Shown here: piece by piece, positions 47,991 to 58,246 of the stretch
Layout: every line of letters starts with the position of its first letter
How positions within the stretch are numbered: position 1 is the stretch's first letter
Source: a virus
Strand: one strand, 5' to 3'
IMG/VR virus record: IMGVR_UViG_3300025158_000018
Length of the DNA stretch: 64,000 nt
Notes under the pieces: model-generated
Told to the model about the DNA's origin: nothing
Database searches by the model: none
The model's input: only the letters and a program-made list of their open reading frames with translations
Made by a program: the position numbers and the translations under genes

Positions 47991-49652
47991 TTATTCTGTC
48001 AAGACTTCAATAGTACACAACTCTATAGAGTCCCCGACACCTTCTACTAAGAGAGTTGCGGGTTCCAAGCTGGAAACCCCGTCGAATACTCCAGAAGTAT
48101 TGTCTAGCTCGTATAGTACAGGGATGCCATCATTTGGAATATTCACAGTATCTGTAATTGAACCTGCGTTGGTAGTAATAGTAATATCTACTTGTATCGG
48201 ATTGATTGGTCCAGCGTAGGCGAGTGTAAACCTTATTCCGTGAACCGGGGTTAAAGTTGAACCGTATGTTAGGGCAACACCCGATCCGAACAAAGGATCA
48301 TCGATTCTCCAGCAACCGCCACCCAACGATGTTACATTGGCCCCATCAAATTCGGGAGACCAATCCGTGGACGTATCGGTCCACGATAAGGCAGCAGAAG
48401 CTGTTGGGCTCGGTGTTGGGCTCGGGCTGGACAACAAGCTGTCATCCACCCGTATAACTAATTTTTCCTCTAACATAGCATAAACGTGTGTGTCCTTCGG
48501 AAGAATACATTCTGGGTTTCCGTCATAGCCACCATTGAAAAAATAACCGTACATATTTAAAGTGTCTACTCCGGAAACATACGAGAAGGTACTCAAACTC
48601 TCTATGACTTCCCCAAATTCATCCAACACGATGTCACCGAAACTACCGTCAACATAAATTCGAGTGCGGTTAGGTGTTTTATTTAGATCTGTTTCACCCG
48701 GTGGTATGTATTCAGAATACAAAATATTATGGAACTCTGAACCCTCTGATAAGTCGATATCAATTTCTCTTGAATATTTGAAGGCCGTCCTGAATTGAAT
48801 TGAACCTTTCTGATATTCAGGCAAGGCAAGATCAGTAAAATCAAACTCTGAGCCCGCTCTGGTGGTTATAGTAGTGTTAGTTCCATCAAATGTTGAACTT
48901 TCTATTTCGTAAATACCCGTGTTGGGCTCGCTGTTCCGGAAATAAATATCTATACCCTGCAAATCATTTGTTGAAACGCTTTTGAATGAGTGGAACTCTA
49001 CAGTGGTTTGGTCGGCGTCAGCGTCATATGCCGCAGATCGAACTACGTACTTTCCATTGAAGTCACTTTCGGTCCCGGTTATCTGGAACTCGTTTTTGTT
49101 TGAAATAAAATTCTCGTGGTTTCCTTCCAAAATCAAAAATTTTTCTTCGTTAGAAATGACCTCGAACGGCAACATATTGACTACCAACATGATAGCATGG
49201 TTTGAAAGTATGGTAGAAGCATCACCCGAAACTACTACCTCGTTGTTTGAAGGGATGCTTAATATTTTAAATCTTGTGTCATCAGTATGGTTACCCTCTA
49301 CTTCAAACCATTCCTCTTTTGCATTTTGGGCGATGATTAATTCAGAAGCGACAAGGTCTGAGTTATCAAACACCACACCGTATCCACCGTTACAATCGAA
49401 TAAATCACAACAGTCAATAGCATCATAACCACAATTATCGTCGTAATCTAGGCCAAAACCCGTCTGTTTGCAAAGTGGCTCGTTGACAATAACCACACGT
49501 TTATTGACCCGTTCTATGAAATTTGCATCCATAGCCTCGAAGAAGCTATATTTTTCTACAACTTCTAAAAGTTTTGTATGGTAGGGCTTTGCTTCCCTAA
49601 AATATTCTAAAAAAGAATCAATGGCCTTGGAAGAAGAAGAATTTAATACCAT
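47991..49652 (-). CDS. hypothetical large protein (553 aa), Cys-rich N-terminal segment
   Basis: long ORF. Confidence 0.5.
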   Translation of the reverse strand: MVLNSSSSKAIDSFLEYFREAKPYHTKLLEVVEKYSFFEAMDANFIERVNKRVVIVNEPLCKQTGFGLDYDDNCGYDAIDCCDLFDCNGGYGVVFDNSDLVASELIIAQNAKEEWFEVEGNHTDDTRFKILSIPSNNEVVVSGDASTILSNHAIMLVVNMLPFEVISNEEKFLILEGNHENFISNKNEFQITGTESDFNGKYVVRSAAYDADADQTTVEFHSFKSVSTNDLQGIDIYFRNSEPNTGIYEIESSTFDGTNTTITTRAGSEFDFTDLALPEYQKGSIQFRTAFKYSREIDIDLSEGSEFHNILYSEYIPPGETDLNKTPNRTRIYVDGSFGDIVLDEFGEVIESLSTFSYVSGVDTLNMYGYFFNGGYDGNPECILPKDTHVYAMLEEKLVIRVDDSLLSSPSPTPSPTASAALSWTDTSTDWSPEFDGANVTSLGGGCWRIDDPLFGSGVALTYGSTLTPVHGIRFTLAYAGPINPIQVDITITTNAGSITDTVNIPNDGIPVLYELDNTSGVFDGVSSLEPATLLVEGVGDSIELCTIEVLTE

Positions 49653-49680
49653 GAATAACGAATTATTTTATATGGGTTAT

Positions 49681-49986
49681 TTATCAAGAAAGCAAAGAAG
49701 ACCCCCTTCCTTCAGGGAGGGGACAAACTCTAAGAACATTTAGCAAAAAACATTCACCACTTGACATTTTCACTAAATGCGATTACAATATTTCAGTATC
49801 GAGAACCAAGTGCTGAATAATATTGTAAATATCTACCTTAAAAGTGGTAGAAAAAGAACCGTAGGGCATACGGGAATAGCTTGTGGAGTCCGACATAAAT
49901 CTAAAGTTCTTGTAGAGAACAATGTAGTGGACTATGAAACAAGAATCCTCTTCCTAAAGGAAGAGGGGAAGCCAAAAACCCAAAAC
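49681..49986. repeat. copy B of ~300-bp inverted repeat (partner 9838..10126)
   Basis: aligns to reverse complement of copy A; carries frameshifted relic of the C-terminal codons of CDS 10074..10715. Confidence 0.75.
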
Positions 49987-50035
49987 AAAACAACATCGAA
50001 GAAAAGTGAAAGGGTGGCCTCAGCCACCCCATTTT

Positions 50036-50386
50036 TCATCTACAGCGGTACCTGTAATTTCCCGCGTATCGGGGATCATAATATCTATAACAGTCCCGGA
50101 ATCTGGGGGACAAAACGTCTCCATAATAAATACGTTCGTGCTCACACAGTCCACTTTGGCTCATCAACATGTAGCCGGGACGACATTGACCACTTCTTGC
50201 TTCTTCCAACGTTGGGACATACCGAGGGGCTGGTCCATGGCGAACCTCGTAATATACGGGACCGTTCCTTACGGTCACAGTTTCCCTAACGTAAACCCCA
50301 GAACCATAATAACCATCGGTATAGGCAATGCATCCTGTCATTAAAACAGAAAAGAAAAGAACAAAACCTATTTTAAAATGTTTCAT
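50036..50386 (-). CDS. putative lipoprotein
   Basis: MKHFKIGFVLFFSVLMTGC signal/lipobox; Y/R-rich mature part. Confidence 0.5.
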   Translation of the reverse strand: MKHFKIGFVLFFSVLMTGCIAYTDGYYGSGVYVRETVTVRNGPVYYEVRHGPAPRYVPTLEEARSGQCRPGYMLMSQSGLCEHERIYYGDVLSPRFRDCYRYYDPRYAGNYRYRCR

Positions 50387-50822
50387 TTTAACTCCTTTTG
50401 GAAAATTGAATCCAATCTGAAAGGGTATCATACCTCATTTTGGAGTCTTTGTCAAATACAGTTCCATCGTCATTCAAACTAATGTTGTAATTTCTTGAAA
50501 ACGTAAGGGGGTCGTCGGTTGTTCTGTATTCGGCGAAAACGTCAGAAATCCCTCTAGATCGAAGGGTCTGTATTTTTCTGGTTAGACGATAATTAAACTT
50601 TTGCGATTCTTTCATCAAACTTTTTGATGATTTCCAACATTGCAGCTTCGCTGTAATTTCCCTCTCGTCTCATTTGTTCTGCAAGATCGACGAGAGCACG
50701 AATGTCCGTCTCTTTGGATCGCATACTCGCGTTAGTTCCTATTTCATCAAGAGTCTTTTGGTATTTTTGTCTCAATGAGGACTCCACTAATTAAAAACCA
50801 TCTAAAGCATATTTATGTATTC

Positions 50823-51938
50823 TCAAACAAAATTTTTAAAAAACTTTGCCTCGTCTCCAATTTTTTTAGAATTTTGTATGTGATAACAAGTGAACAGCTT
50901 TCCGTATTTAACTATCGCTTCAGTTACATCTTTGCAATTATCAAGGGCTTTGGGTGCGCTAAAGCCCCAGCCTAGCTCCACCCCATGCTCCAACAGAGAG
51001 TTACTGTCCCCATTTCGGTCAGGAACAATTATCTTGGGCTTATCTATGGAATTAAGAACATCACGTTGTGTGGTATGGAGCTTGTTTGTTATCGTTGCAA
51101 CACCATTTAAATGATACGCGTCAAAGAACCCTTCAACCACATAAATTTGTTCGTGCGAAGGAGACAGGCGGTCCAATCCATATAAAGTTGTTGATATCTC
51201 TCCGATATTAATATATTTTCGTTTACTTTTTCCTGTCAAGTCTCTTCCTTGAAGCAATAAAAGTTTTTCTTTATAATAAATGGGAATTACCAGTCGATTG
51301 ACCATAATCTTAGCGTTTATTTTATCTTGTTGATGTTTGGATTCGGTTTTTCCACTGCTGACAAAAAACGGATAATCATCGGGCGACATACCTTTTTCCT
51401 TTAACAGTGACGTACACTTTTTCCCTATTGGGGCTTCGAGGACGCTGACCAAAGGAACCAGATAATCTGGAAATTCCATGGTGGATTGCGTCATAGATTG
51501 CAACGCTTTTTCACGACTCTGTTCCTCTTTAGACTTTATCTTGGGTACAAAATGTTTACCTTTTGAATTTCTAAGTCTGTAAAGAATCTTTCCATATTCT
51601 CTACTTTGTATCCCGAAAGCCTCGAAAATAACCTTCATGTTTTTAGACATAAAGATGTCGTTTTCTGGGGTAAATGCTCCCCCTATGCCACAATTGAAAC
51701 AATTGTAATAGCAGTCTTCTCCGTCGAATTTCCAACCCCCTCTAGGTCCTTGTGTTCGGGAACCGTCTCCGCATACTTGGCAGTATACTTTGTTCCATCC
51801 CACCACATCAATTTCTTCATATGACACCACAGCGTCAACAATATCTCGAATTGAGATATTGCTTAAAACGTTTTCGTCTTCAAGCTTTTTTCGTCTTTCA
51901 GCAATTTGCTGTTTTATTTCCCGTAGAGTCTTGGCCAT
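50823..51938 (-). CDS. DNA primase (gp61-like: Zn-ribbon + TOPRIM)
   Basis: CQVCGDG..CFNCG zinc ribbon; TOPRIM VVEGFFDA and PDRNGD. Confidence 0.6.
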   Translation of the reverse strand: MAKTLREIKQQIAERRKKLEDENVLSNISIRDIVDAVVSYEEIDVVGWNKVYCQVCGDGSRTQGPRGGWKFDGEDCYYNCFNCGIGGAFTPENDIFMSKNMKVIFEAFGIQSREYGKILYRLRNSKGKHFVPKIKSKEEQSREKALQSMTQSTMEFPDYLVPLVSVLEAPIGKKCTSLLKEKGMSPDDYPFFVSSGKTESKHQQDKINAKIMVNRLVIPIYYKEKLLLLQGRDLTGKSKRKYINIGEISTTLYGLDRLSPSHEQIYVVEGFFDAYHLNGVATITNKLHTTQRDVLNSIDKPKIIVPDRNGDSNSLLEHGVELGWGFSAPKALDNCKDVTEAIVKYGKLFTCYHIQNSKKIGDEAKFFKNFV

Positions 51939-52338
51939 TTGATCATTATATTGATATGAGACGGTATTTGCAATACTACTGGCAACAATTAAAATAGAGA
52001 AGGGGACAAGTTAGCTTGTCCCCTTCTGAGCTTTGGTTATACGGATATTGCTCTAACCCGCATTCGATCAAGCTGCTAGGGCGAAGCCGTTAGCGTTGCT
52101 GTCGAAGTCAGCGTCATTTGCTGCATTTATTTTACTATCATTTTTGCGTCTTTGTTGACGATTCTCCTCGATTCCTAATAACGCCCGGTCGATTTCCAGT
52201 TTCGCCCCCTCCAAAAGCGTCCACCATTTCCCGGATTTACCGGGTTTCTGACGCATTACCCAACTCGTCTAAGGCTTTTTTGTTTGCTACGCCGGGAGGA
52301 TGCCCTATCCTTCCTCTGTTGGCACTTGTAGACGCTTT

Positions 52339-52390
52339 TGGAGACGGCGGGAGTCGAACCCGCGTGTCGTTCGCTTTCAGTCTCGTCTCA
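52339..52390 (-). ncRNA. tRNA-like minihelix RNA (acceptor + T-arm only), candidate
   Basis: 6-bp acceptor gagacg/cgtctc contiguous with T-arm gcggg-TTCGACT-cccgc; only 20 nt where D and anticodon arms belong; TATAAATA plus TATAAT 23 nt upstream. Confidence 0.35.
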
Positions 52391-52428
52391 ACGAATGCTT
52401 ATTATTATACCTATTTATATCCAACCCG

Positions 52429-53133
52429 TCAAGTATCTTCGGACAATTTTATTTTAGTCTTTTTCTTAGTAGTTTTTTTTCTTCCACTGGATACCAATTT
52501 ACCATCCAAGGGGGTTTTGGGAGTAATGTCTTCTGTCTCAAGTAAAGAATTCTTCTCTCCAGCTTCTAAACGAGCAATAAGCTGGTCGGAATCCATCCAG
52601 ATATCTCGACCATCAACTACATGGTCGATCTCTTCTTCTGTAAGAATTTTCTCATAAAACTTTCTCATTATTTTTTCCACATAGCCGTTTACATGCTCTA
52701 CTCTCGTTCTAATTTCATGCCCCTTTCCGATTGCAAAACCGCCAGAATAGTTGTGTATCATAAAAGAACAATTCGGATTGATGATATACTCTTCCCCAGA
52801 TAAAAAAATCAAAGTCGCTGCAGAATGGGCATCTCCGTCTAAAGAAGTAATCACTTTGGCTCTAGATGCGACCATAGAGTTCACAATCTGTATTGCCATT
52901 CTAAGAGAACCGCCTTCACTGTTGATGTAAATTACTATAGTATCCTCTTCATTAGCGGTTTTTAACACATTGAGTAGGTCTGAATACTTGTTAATATCAT
53001 CCTCTATCTCTCCAGACAGATAAAAGTGGTGAACATTTAATTGCAAGCTTTGTACGTAATGCTTAATTTTTGGTGGATCAATCCTAAAAGAAGAACCATC
53101 CTCGAATCTTTCGTCAATTGCTTTATTTGACAT
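52429..53133 (-). CDS. ClpP-family (S14) serine protease homolog
   Basis: INSEGGSL and MIHNYSGG blocks; basic C-terminal tail. Confidence 0.65.
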   Translation of the reverse strand: MSNKAIDERFEDGSSFRIDPPKIKHYVQSLQLNVHHFYLSGEIEDDINKYSDLLNVLKTANEEDTIVIYINSEGGSLRMAIQIVNSMVASRAKVITSLDGDAHSAATLIFLSGEEYIINPNCSFMIHNYSGGFAIGKGHEIRTRVEHVNGYVEKIMRKFYEKILTEEEIDHVVDGRDIWMDSDQLIARLEAGEKNSLLETEDITPKTPLDGKLVSSGRKKTTKKKTKIKLSEDT

Positions 53134-53185
53134 GCATTGTTTCCTTTATTAAAAGAATCGTTTGTTCTATTTAGAACACGCGCTA

Positions 53186-55066
53186 TCAGATAACATCAAA
53201 ATCAGCAACATCGACCACAGGAATACCCAATTCTTTAGCTTTCTTCACTTTAGAGCTAGAAGACTTAACGCTTTTGGTAAGAACCATAGTTGTATTCTTA
53301 GAAACAGAAGTCGTGACCTTTCCACCGCGCTCCTCGATTTTTTCTTTCAATTCGTTATCCCTAAATCCTGTCATCACTATAGTTTGACCACCCATACTTT
53401 GCTCGGTCACCGACTTTTTTGTGAAAGTTATGTAGTCCTTGGTTCTATCCAAAAATATATTGAAGCGGCTTAATCCATCATAGATGCTTTCACATGTAGA
53501 ATTAAACCCTTCTAGTTTCTCGATATCTTCGAATGTAGCGTTTTTGAACTCTTCTAGGGTCATTTGTCCCAAAACCTTCTTCGCTTTTCGAACCCCGAAC
53601 CCTCTTCCAAAATAAGGGAGTGATCCCATTACCACTTCAGGTTTTACACTAGAGAGAATAGTATGTAAACTCAGAAACGCCTTTTTCCCATTTTCTCCCA
53701 ACGCTTGTCTCCACTCTTCATCCCATAACTCTATAATTGATACTACCAAATCGTCGAAGATTTTTTCACTCCATCCTTGATGTTCTATTAATTTTTCAAT
53801 AGAAGTTTCTTGTACGTTATCAACACCGAGAGTCTTAAAAAAGTGAACGGTCTCCATCAAAGTACGCTGGGAAGAGATTTCTTCCTTAGAGACAGCTTCA
53901 ACCCCGTTTTCATCCCAACTCCACGTGCCTTTGGGTGGCATGTCGGGGTGAACGGGTCTCGTTACCCCCATCACATACGGGATAACACTACCGGCGCGAG
54001 TGATTTTAATTTTGGCACCACTACCAATCCCATTGTCACGAATAAATCTTGCGTTGTGCCCCGTGGCGTAGGTTATAGTGGCCCCGTCTAACTCAACTTC
54101 TTCAAACTTGATTCTAGGTTTAAAAAAGTTAGACTTAGAAAGTTTCCAGATAACTTCTTTTACCTCTACTTCTTCAAACAGTGTTTGTACCTTAAACTTC
54201 ACAGAGTGTTCCGGGTTCAATGAATCTGAATCAGAGGTTTCCTTGAAATTAGAATAGTCATTGACTGTTACCACTACTCCGTCTAGTTCATACACGCCGG
54301 TTCTCTTGAATTCGGCCAACGTGTTTGCAAGTTTTTCGTCGGTCAGGTCACATCCTTTCATTTTCTCGTGACGAGCCACAGTGAAATCCATCTGCTTCAA
54401 ATGGTTTACGGTTTCTTCTTTCGTAAATACGTTACTAACTCCGGAAACATCGATAATCTCGTAGGCGACAAGATCAACATCTTGCACCATTTCCAGATTA
54501 GTTTCGTTTCTATTAAGAAAACCTGCAACTAAGTTTCTAGGATTCTTGTACTTTCTTTTATATTTGGCGTCAAATACCGAACGGCGCATTATTATTTCCG
54601 CCCGAACCGCCAGATAGTCACAACCGACGGTTTTGGGAATATCGACGATAGCTACAATATGACGAGTAACGTCATGGCCCAGAACACCATCACCCCGCGT
54701 GAACGCTTTGGACAGTTCGGCCTTGCCCCTCCCGTTGCTTTCGTACACCAAAAGAATGCTGGCCCCATCGAGCTTTTCTGTGACTACAACATCATTTTGA
54801 ATACAATCATACTTTTCAGCCCACTTTAACGCTTCACCCTCATAGACCTGATTTAAACTTCCCATAGAGTATGGGAGATGTACTTTCTCCAACGATGTTT
54901 CTTTAACGTGGGGGGCTTTTTTGAAATACTCATGTTCTGGAGAAATTTCCTCGGCTCTCCTACGAAGTGCGTCGTATTGGTCATCGGGGATCAGGGGTGA
55001 ACCCTTATAGTAAGCCTCGTCGAATTTTTGTAAATCTTGAATCGTTTTCTCGATATCGATAGTCAT
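53186..55066 (-). CDS. ligA: NAD+-dependent DNA ligase (LigA)
   Basis: N-terminal Ia YY..SP.I.D..YD, adenylation TEKLDGAS, C-terminal BRCT. Confidence 0.85.
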   Translation of the reverse strand: MTIDIEKTIQDLQKFDEAYYKGSPLIPDDQYDALRRRAEEISPEHEYFKKAPHVKETSLEKVHLPYSMGSLNQVYEGEALKWAEKYDCIQNDVVVTEKLDGASILLVYESNGRGKAELSKAFTRGDGVLGHDVTRHIVAIVDIPKTVGCDYLAVRAEIIMRRSVFDAKYKRKYKNPRNLVAGFLNRNETNLEMVQDVDLVAYEIIDVSGVSNVFTKEETVNHLKQMDFTVARHEKMKGCDLTDEKLANTLAEFKRTGVYELDGVVVTVNDYSNFKETSDSDSLNPEHSVKFKVQTLFEEVEVKEVIWKLSKSNFFKPRIKFEEVELDGATITYATGHNARFIRDNGIGSGAKIKITRAGSVIPYVMGVTRPVHPDMPPKGTWSWDENGVEAVSKEEISSQRTLMETVHFFKTLGVDNVQETSIEKLIEHQGWSEKIFDDLVVSIIELWDEEWRQALGENGKKAFLSLHTILSSVKPEVVMGSLPYFGRGFGVRKAKKVLGQMTLEEFKNATFEDIEKLEGFNSTCESIYDGLSRFNIFLDRTKDYITFTKKSVTEQSMGGQTIVMTGFRDNELKEKIEERGGKVTTSVSKNTTMVLTKSVKSSSSKVKKAKELGIPVVDVADFDVI

Positions 55067-55122
55067 TGTTAACCCTCAAGTAGATACGATATTATACAAC
55101 ATATCTACGTTAGAGTCAACGA

Positions 55123-55660
55123 TTATGAGCGCTTTTCTACCCAATTTGGATCAAGATCTTGCATATATTCTTTCGAAATTTTTAGTACAGTTCCGCCATA
55201 TTTGTTCGTCAACTTATCTAGATTTTCTTCGGACAAGTCGTCACCCACATTATAGGACAAAGTTACATGAGGGATGTACTCTGGAAAATCGTAAGTAGCG
55301 CCATGATCTAATGTGGTCTGGTGTTTATCTCTCAAGTAGTCTGAATCGAGGGCCGCTACCAAGCAGCGACCACCGTCTTTCGTATTAAAAATTTTAAATC
55401 CCTTGATTTTTTGCTTCTTTTGGTTCTTCGAGTTCTTCATCAGGCTGATAACCTTTAATGTCTGTTACACTATGGGCTATCGTAGAATGAAAATCTTCTG
55501 GGTTTGTTGGGTTCGGTATTTTGTCCCCGTCGATTATTTTTTTGATTTGTTCAACGGTTTCTGGGGTGAAATTTACCCCTACGTATTTCCCCACAGATAC
55601 ACCTAATTCTGAATCAGAACTAACTGGTCTCTTCGGATACTTCAATTCTCTCAATATCAT
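55123..55660 (-). pseudogene. 2H-phosphoesterase (LigT/ThpR-like) split by a +1 frameshift at an A6 run
   Basis: upstream ORF carries FHSTIAHS (H-x-T-x #1); downstream ORF in +1 frame carries PHVTLSY (H-x-T-x #2); frames meet at gcaaaaaatcaagg ~55395-55410; removing one A fuses them into ~170 aa. Confidence 0.5.
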
Positions 55661-55994
55661 TTGATTTCCTCGTATCTTTCATATGTTCGAGGTATTTATC
55701 AACCAATTCTCCGAGTATCTTTTTTATGTTAGTTTCTGATTCACTATGATGGATAATAGCTGATCGTTGTTCTCCATCATGATCAAACTTCATATACATC
55801 GAGCTGTGACAAGACACAGACACGTACCACTCTCCCCTACATAATGCAAACGATACAGTTAAATCTTCGTCGCCTAGTTTTTTAGCAAAATCCTCTAGGA
55901 TGTTATAAACGCTTTTAGTTTTCAATTTTATTCTCCCTGATCTCGATTTAAAATATACAATTCCACCATATGGGGGGTGCCATCTAACCCCCAT
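55620..55994 (-). CDS. hypothetical protein
   Basis: ORF; overlaps frd by 66 nt. Confidence 0.35.
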   Translation of the reverse strand: MGVRWHPPYGGIVYFKSRSGRIKLKTKSVYNILEDFAKKLGDEDLTVSFALCRGEWYVSVSCHSSMYMKFDHDGEQRSAIIHHSESETNIKKILGELVDKYLEHMKDTRKSNDIERIEVSEETS

Positions 55995-56494
55995 CCTGTT
56001 ACAACAGAAGCCTTTTCTGTATATGGTGTCATGTTAATGTGAACATCACAATCGTATGATCCCTTTACTCGCGTAACAACAATCTCGTCAAGAATATCGA
56101 AGAAAAGATCATACACACTCTTACCACCAATAACACAAACTTTGTCGAATTGGTGCAGTGGGGTGTAAGTAGAAGTAGAAGTAAGACGTATGATATCTTT
56201 TAATAAAACCCCATCCGACATGAAGTGAACTCCGGTGAAATTGCAATTATTTATGAGTTCATCGGGTCTTCGAGTCAAAACTATGCAAGTCCTTCCGGAC
56301 AAAAACGGTCCATCCTTGCTTTTTTTATGTAAACAGATATCGTTAAATGTGGTACTGCCCATTATGCACAAAGAATTCTTTGTGTATTCTCTAAAGTGTT
56401 TAAAGTCTTCTGGGATGTGCCAAGCCATTCTTCCATCTTTACCTATACCGTTTTCTTCATCTACGGCTACTATAGCCGCTATTCTTGGTTTCAT
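55928..56494 (-). CDS. frd: dihydrofolate reductase
   Basis: IAAIVAVDEENGIGKDGRMAWH, MGSTTF, VIGG. Confidence 0.85.
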   Translation of the reverse strand: MKPRIAAIVAVDEENGIGKDGRMAWHIPEDFKHFREYTKNSLCIMGSTTFNDICLHKKSKDGPFLSGRTCIVLTRRPDELINNCNFTGVHFMSDGVLLKDIIRLTSTSTYTPLHQFDKVCVIGGKSVYDLFFDILDEIVVTRVKGSYDCDVHINMTPYTEKASVVTGWGLDGTPHMVELYILNRDQGE

Positions 56495-56495
56495 A

Positions 56496-56753
56496 TTAGT
56501 TCTCTTCGTCCCTTGGTGTGCTTATCATGTACGTGTCTTGTGGAGAAACCCATCTATTGAACTCATCCCCAATGTTATACACTTCGCATATCTTTGGCTT
56601 GAGTTCAATCATAATAGAGCCTTTAGCATTTCGTGCTTCTCTTCCGGTGATTATAAATTCTTTACCGTCATAAACGCAATAGTCGTGGGGTTTGTTCATG
56701 TTTCCAAAGATACCTGTCGGGGTATGTATAAATATTCTCGAATAGCGATGCAA
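56496..56753 (-). CDS. hypothetical protein
   Basis: ORF directly upstream of frd. Confidence 0.4.
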   Translation of the reverse strand: MHRYSRIFIHTPTGIFGNMNKPHDYCVYDGKEFIITGREARNAKGSIMIELKPKICEVYNIGDEFNRWVSPQDTYMISTPRDEEN

Positions 56754-56865
56754 AAAACCACCGTATGGTAATTGCAGAAAAATCTTTTATTCAACTTTTC
56801 TACGAGGAATTCATCCTCAATCCTTTTTTTGACTCTAACCCATACCATCAGGAGATATCACAACG

Positions 56866-57603
56866 ATGAAAAAGTCTAAGAAAAAGAGCCTACATGTAGT
56901 TCAACACGACAACCTAGCTCGCCAAGAATATAACAACAACTGCAAATCACTCTCGTTCCACGACTTGAAGGCCATTAAACCCCTAACAACACCACAAAAA
57001 CAGATGATGGAATCTTATTTTTCCGGAAACTCTATCTTTGCATCCGGTTCTGCCGGGACGGGAAAAAGCTTGGTGGCGTTATATCTAGCATTGAACGATT
57101 TGTTGGACCGGGACCAACCTATTGAACACGTCAAGATAATTAGAAGTGTTGTACCGACCAGAGAAGTTGGATATTTGCCGGGTTCGATAGATGAAAAAAT
57201 TTCTGTATATGAAACCCCATATAGAGAATTGTTCTCGTTCTTGTTTGACATGCCAACGTCATACGACAAATTCAAGGAGAGTGGTAAAGTAGAATTCATG
57301 CCAACAAGTTTCTTGCGAGGACAAACGTGGGACAACTCTGTTATTGTTGTTGACGAAGTCCAAAACCTCAATTTCCACGAAGTCAATACTGTTATGACAC
57401 GAGTTGGTAGAAATAGTAAAATAATTCTGGTCGGCGACTCCAATCAATCTGATTTGTTCAAATCCAATAGGGATATATCATGTATTGAACGTCTAGACAA
57501 GGTTCTTTCTAATAACAACTTCTTTGACACCATATACTTCCAGAGACAAGACATAGTTCGAAGTGATTTTGTTAGAGCTTGGATTGAATGCATTGAAGAT
57601 TGA
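56866..57603 (+). CDS. phoH: PhoH-like ATPase
   Basis: Walker A GSAGTGKS, Walker B VVDEVQN, GD.NQ.D. Confidence 0.85.
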   Translation: MKKSKKKSLHVVQHDNLARQEYNNNCKSLSFHDLKAIKPLTTPQKQMMESYFSGNSIFASGSAGTGKSLVALYLALNDLLDRDQPIEHVKIIRSVVPTREVGYLPGSIDEKISVYETPYRELFSFLFDMPTSYDKFKESGKVEFMPTSFLRGQTWDNSVIVVDEVQNLNFHEVNTVMTRVGRNSKIILVGDSNQSDLFKSNRDISCIERLDKVLSNNNFFDTIYFQRQDIVRSDFVRAWIECIED

Positions 57604-57660
57604 CAAGTAGTCACAAAGTCTTGATAATGTCTCCTTAGTCTACAACTAAGGAGATTTATT
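57600..57660 (+). promoter_or_regulatory. sigma70-like promoter (TTGACA-17-GATAAT) plus 8-bp hairpin sequestering the mazG RBS
   Basis: ttgacaagtagtcacaaagtcttgataat; hairpin ctccttag-tctacaa-ctaaggag contains AAGGAG RBS 8 nt before ATG 57662. Confidence 0.4.
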
Positions 57661-57661
57661 T

Positions 57662-58246
57662 ATGGATTGGAAAGAATACATTGAGCAAGCAAAAATAACC
57701 GAATCACATATTGAAGAACTAAACATCAGTGCGGATTTTCTCGTAGCTGCGCTGACACTAAATCATATCAGTGCGGAAATACTGGATTGTGTAAAGAAAT
57801 TGGCATTTTACAACAACCCTAAAAAACTAGAAGAAAACATCAAAAATTTGTTGGTTCAATTGGAGTTAGAGCTATACACTCTTAAACATTATGAGTCAAC
57901 TCCTAGGTCCGCCTTATATGGAGAGGATGCAGTTAAGCCCGATGTTAATACTAGAATAGCACACTGTCTAATCGGGATGATCACAGAAGCCGGTGAGTTA
58001 TCAGAGGCTTTCGCAAAAGCAATTCATACCGGAGAGTTTGATGTGGTTAATCTTAAAGAAGAATTTTTTGACTCTGATTGGTATAAAGCTATTGGGTCTG
58101 ACGAAATGGGTATAGATTGGGGGGAGGGGTGGCAGAACAACATTGACAAACTGCGCTCCCGTTACAAGGGTTCTTACAGTGACGACGCCACAGCCAATAG
58201 AGATTTGAATGCCGAAAGACAAATCCTAGAAGGAAACAAACCATGA
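57662..58246 (+). CDS. mazG: MazG-like nucleoside triphosphate pyrophosphohydrolase
   Basis: AHCLIGMITEAGELSEAF, D..WY pattern. Confidence 0.7.
   Translation: MDWKEYIEQAKITESHIEELNISADFLVAALTLNHISAEILDCVKKLAFYNNPKKLEENIKNLLVQLELELYTLKHYESTPRSALYGEDAVKPDVNTRIAHCLIGMITEAGELSEAFAKAIHTGEFDVVNLKEEFFDSDWYKAIGSDEMGIDWGEGWQNNIDKLRSRYKGSYSDDATANRDLNAERQILEGNKP

Noticed and set aside
49777-50344. Plus-strand ORFs 49777..50289 and 50006..50344
   Set aside because: They run through repeat copy B and antisense to the lipoprotein gene. The conserved peptide-like segment is shared only over ~36 codons with different flanks.
52118-52657. Plus-strand ORFs 52118..52657 and 52300..52545
   Set aside because: They overlap the ClpP-like gene 3' end and the tRNA-like element on the opposite strand, and are low-complexity.
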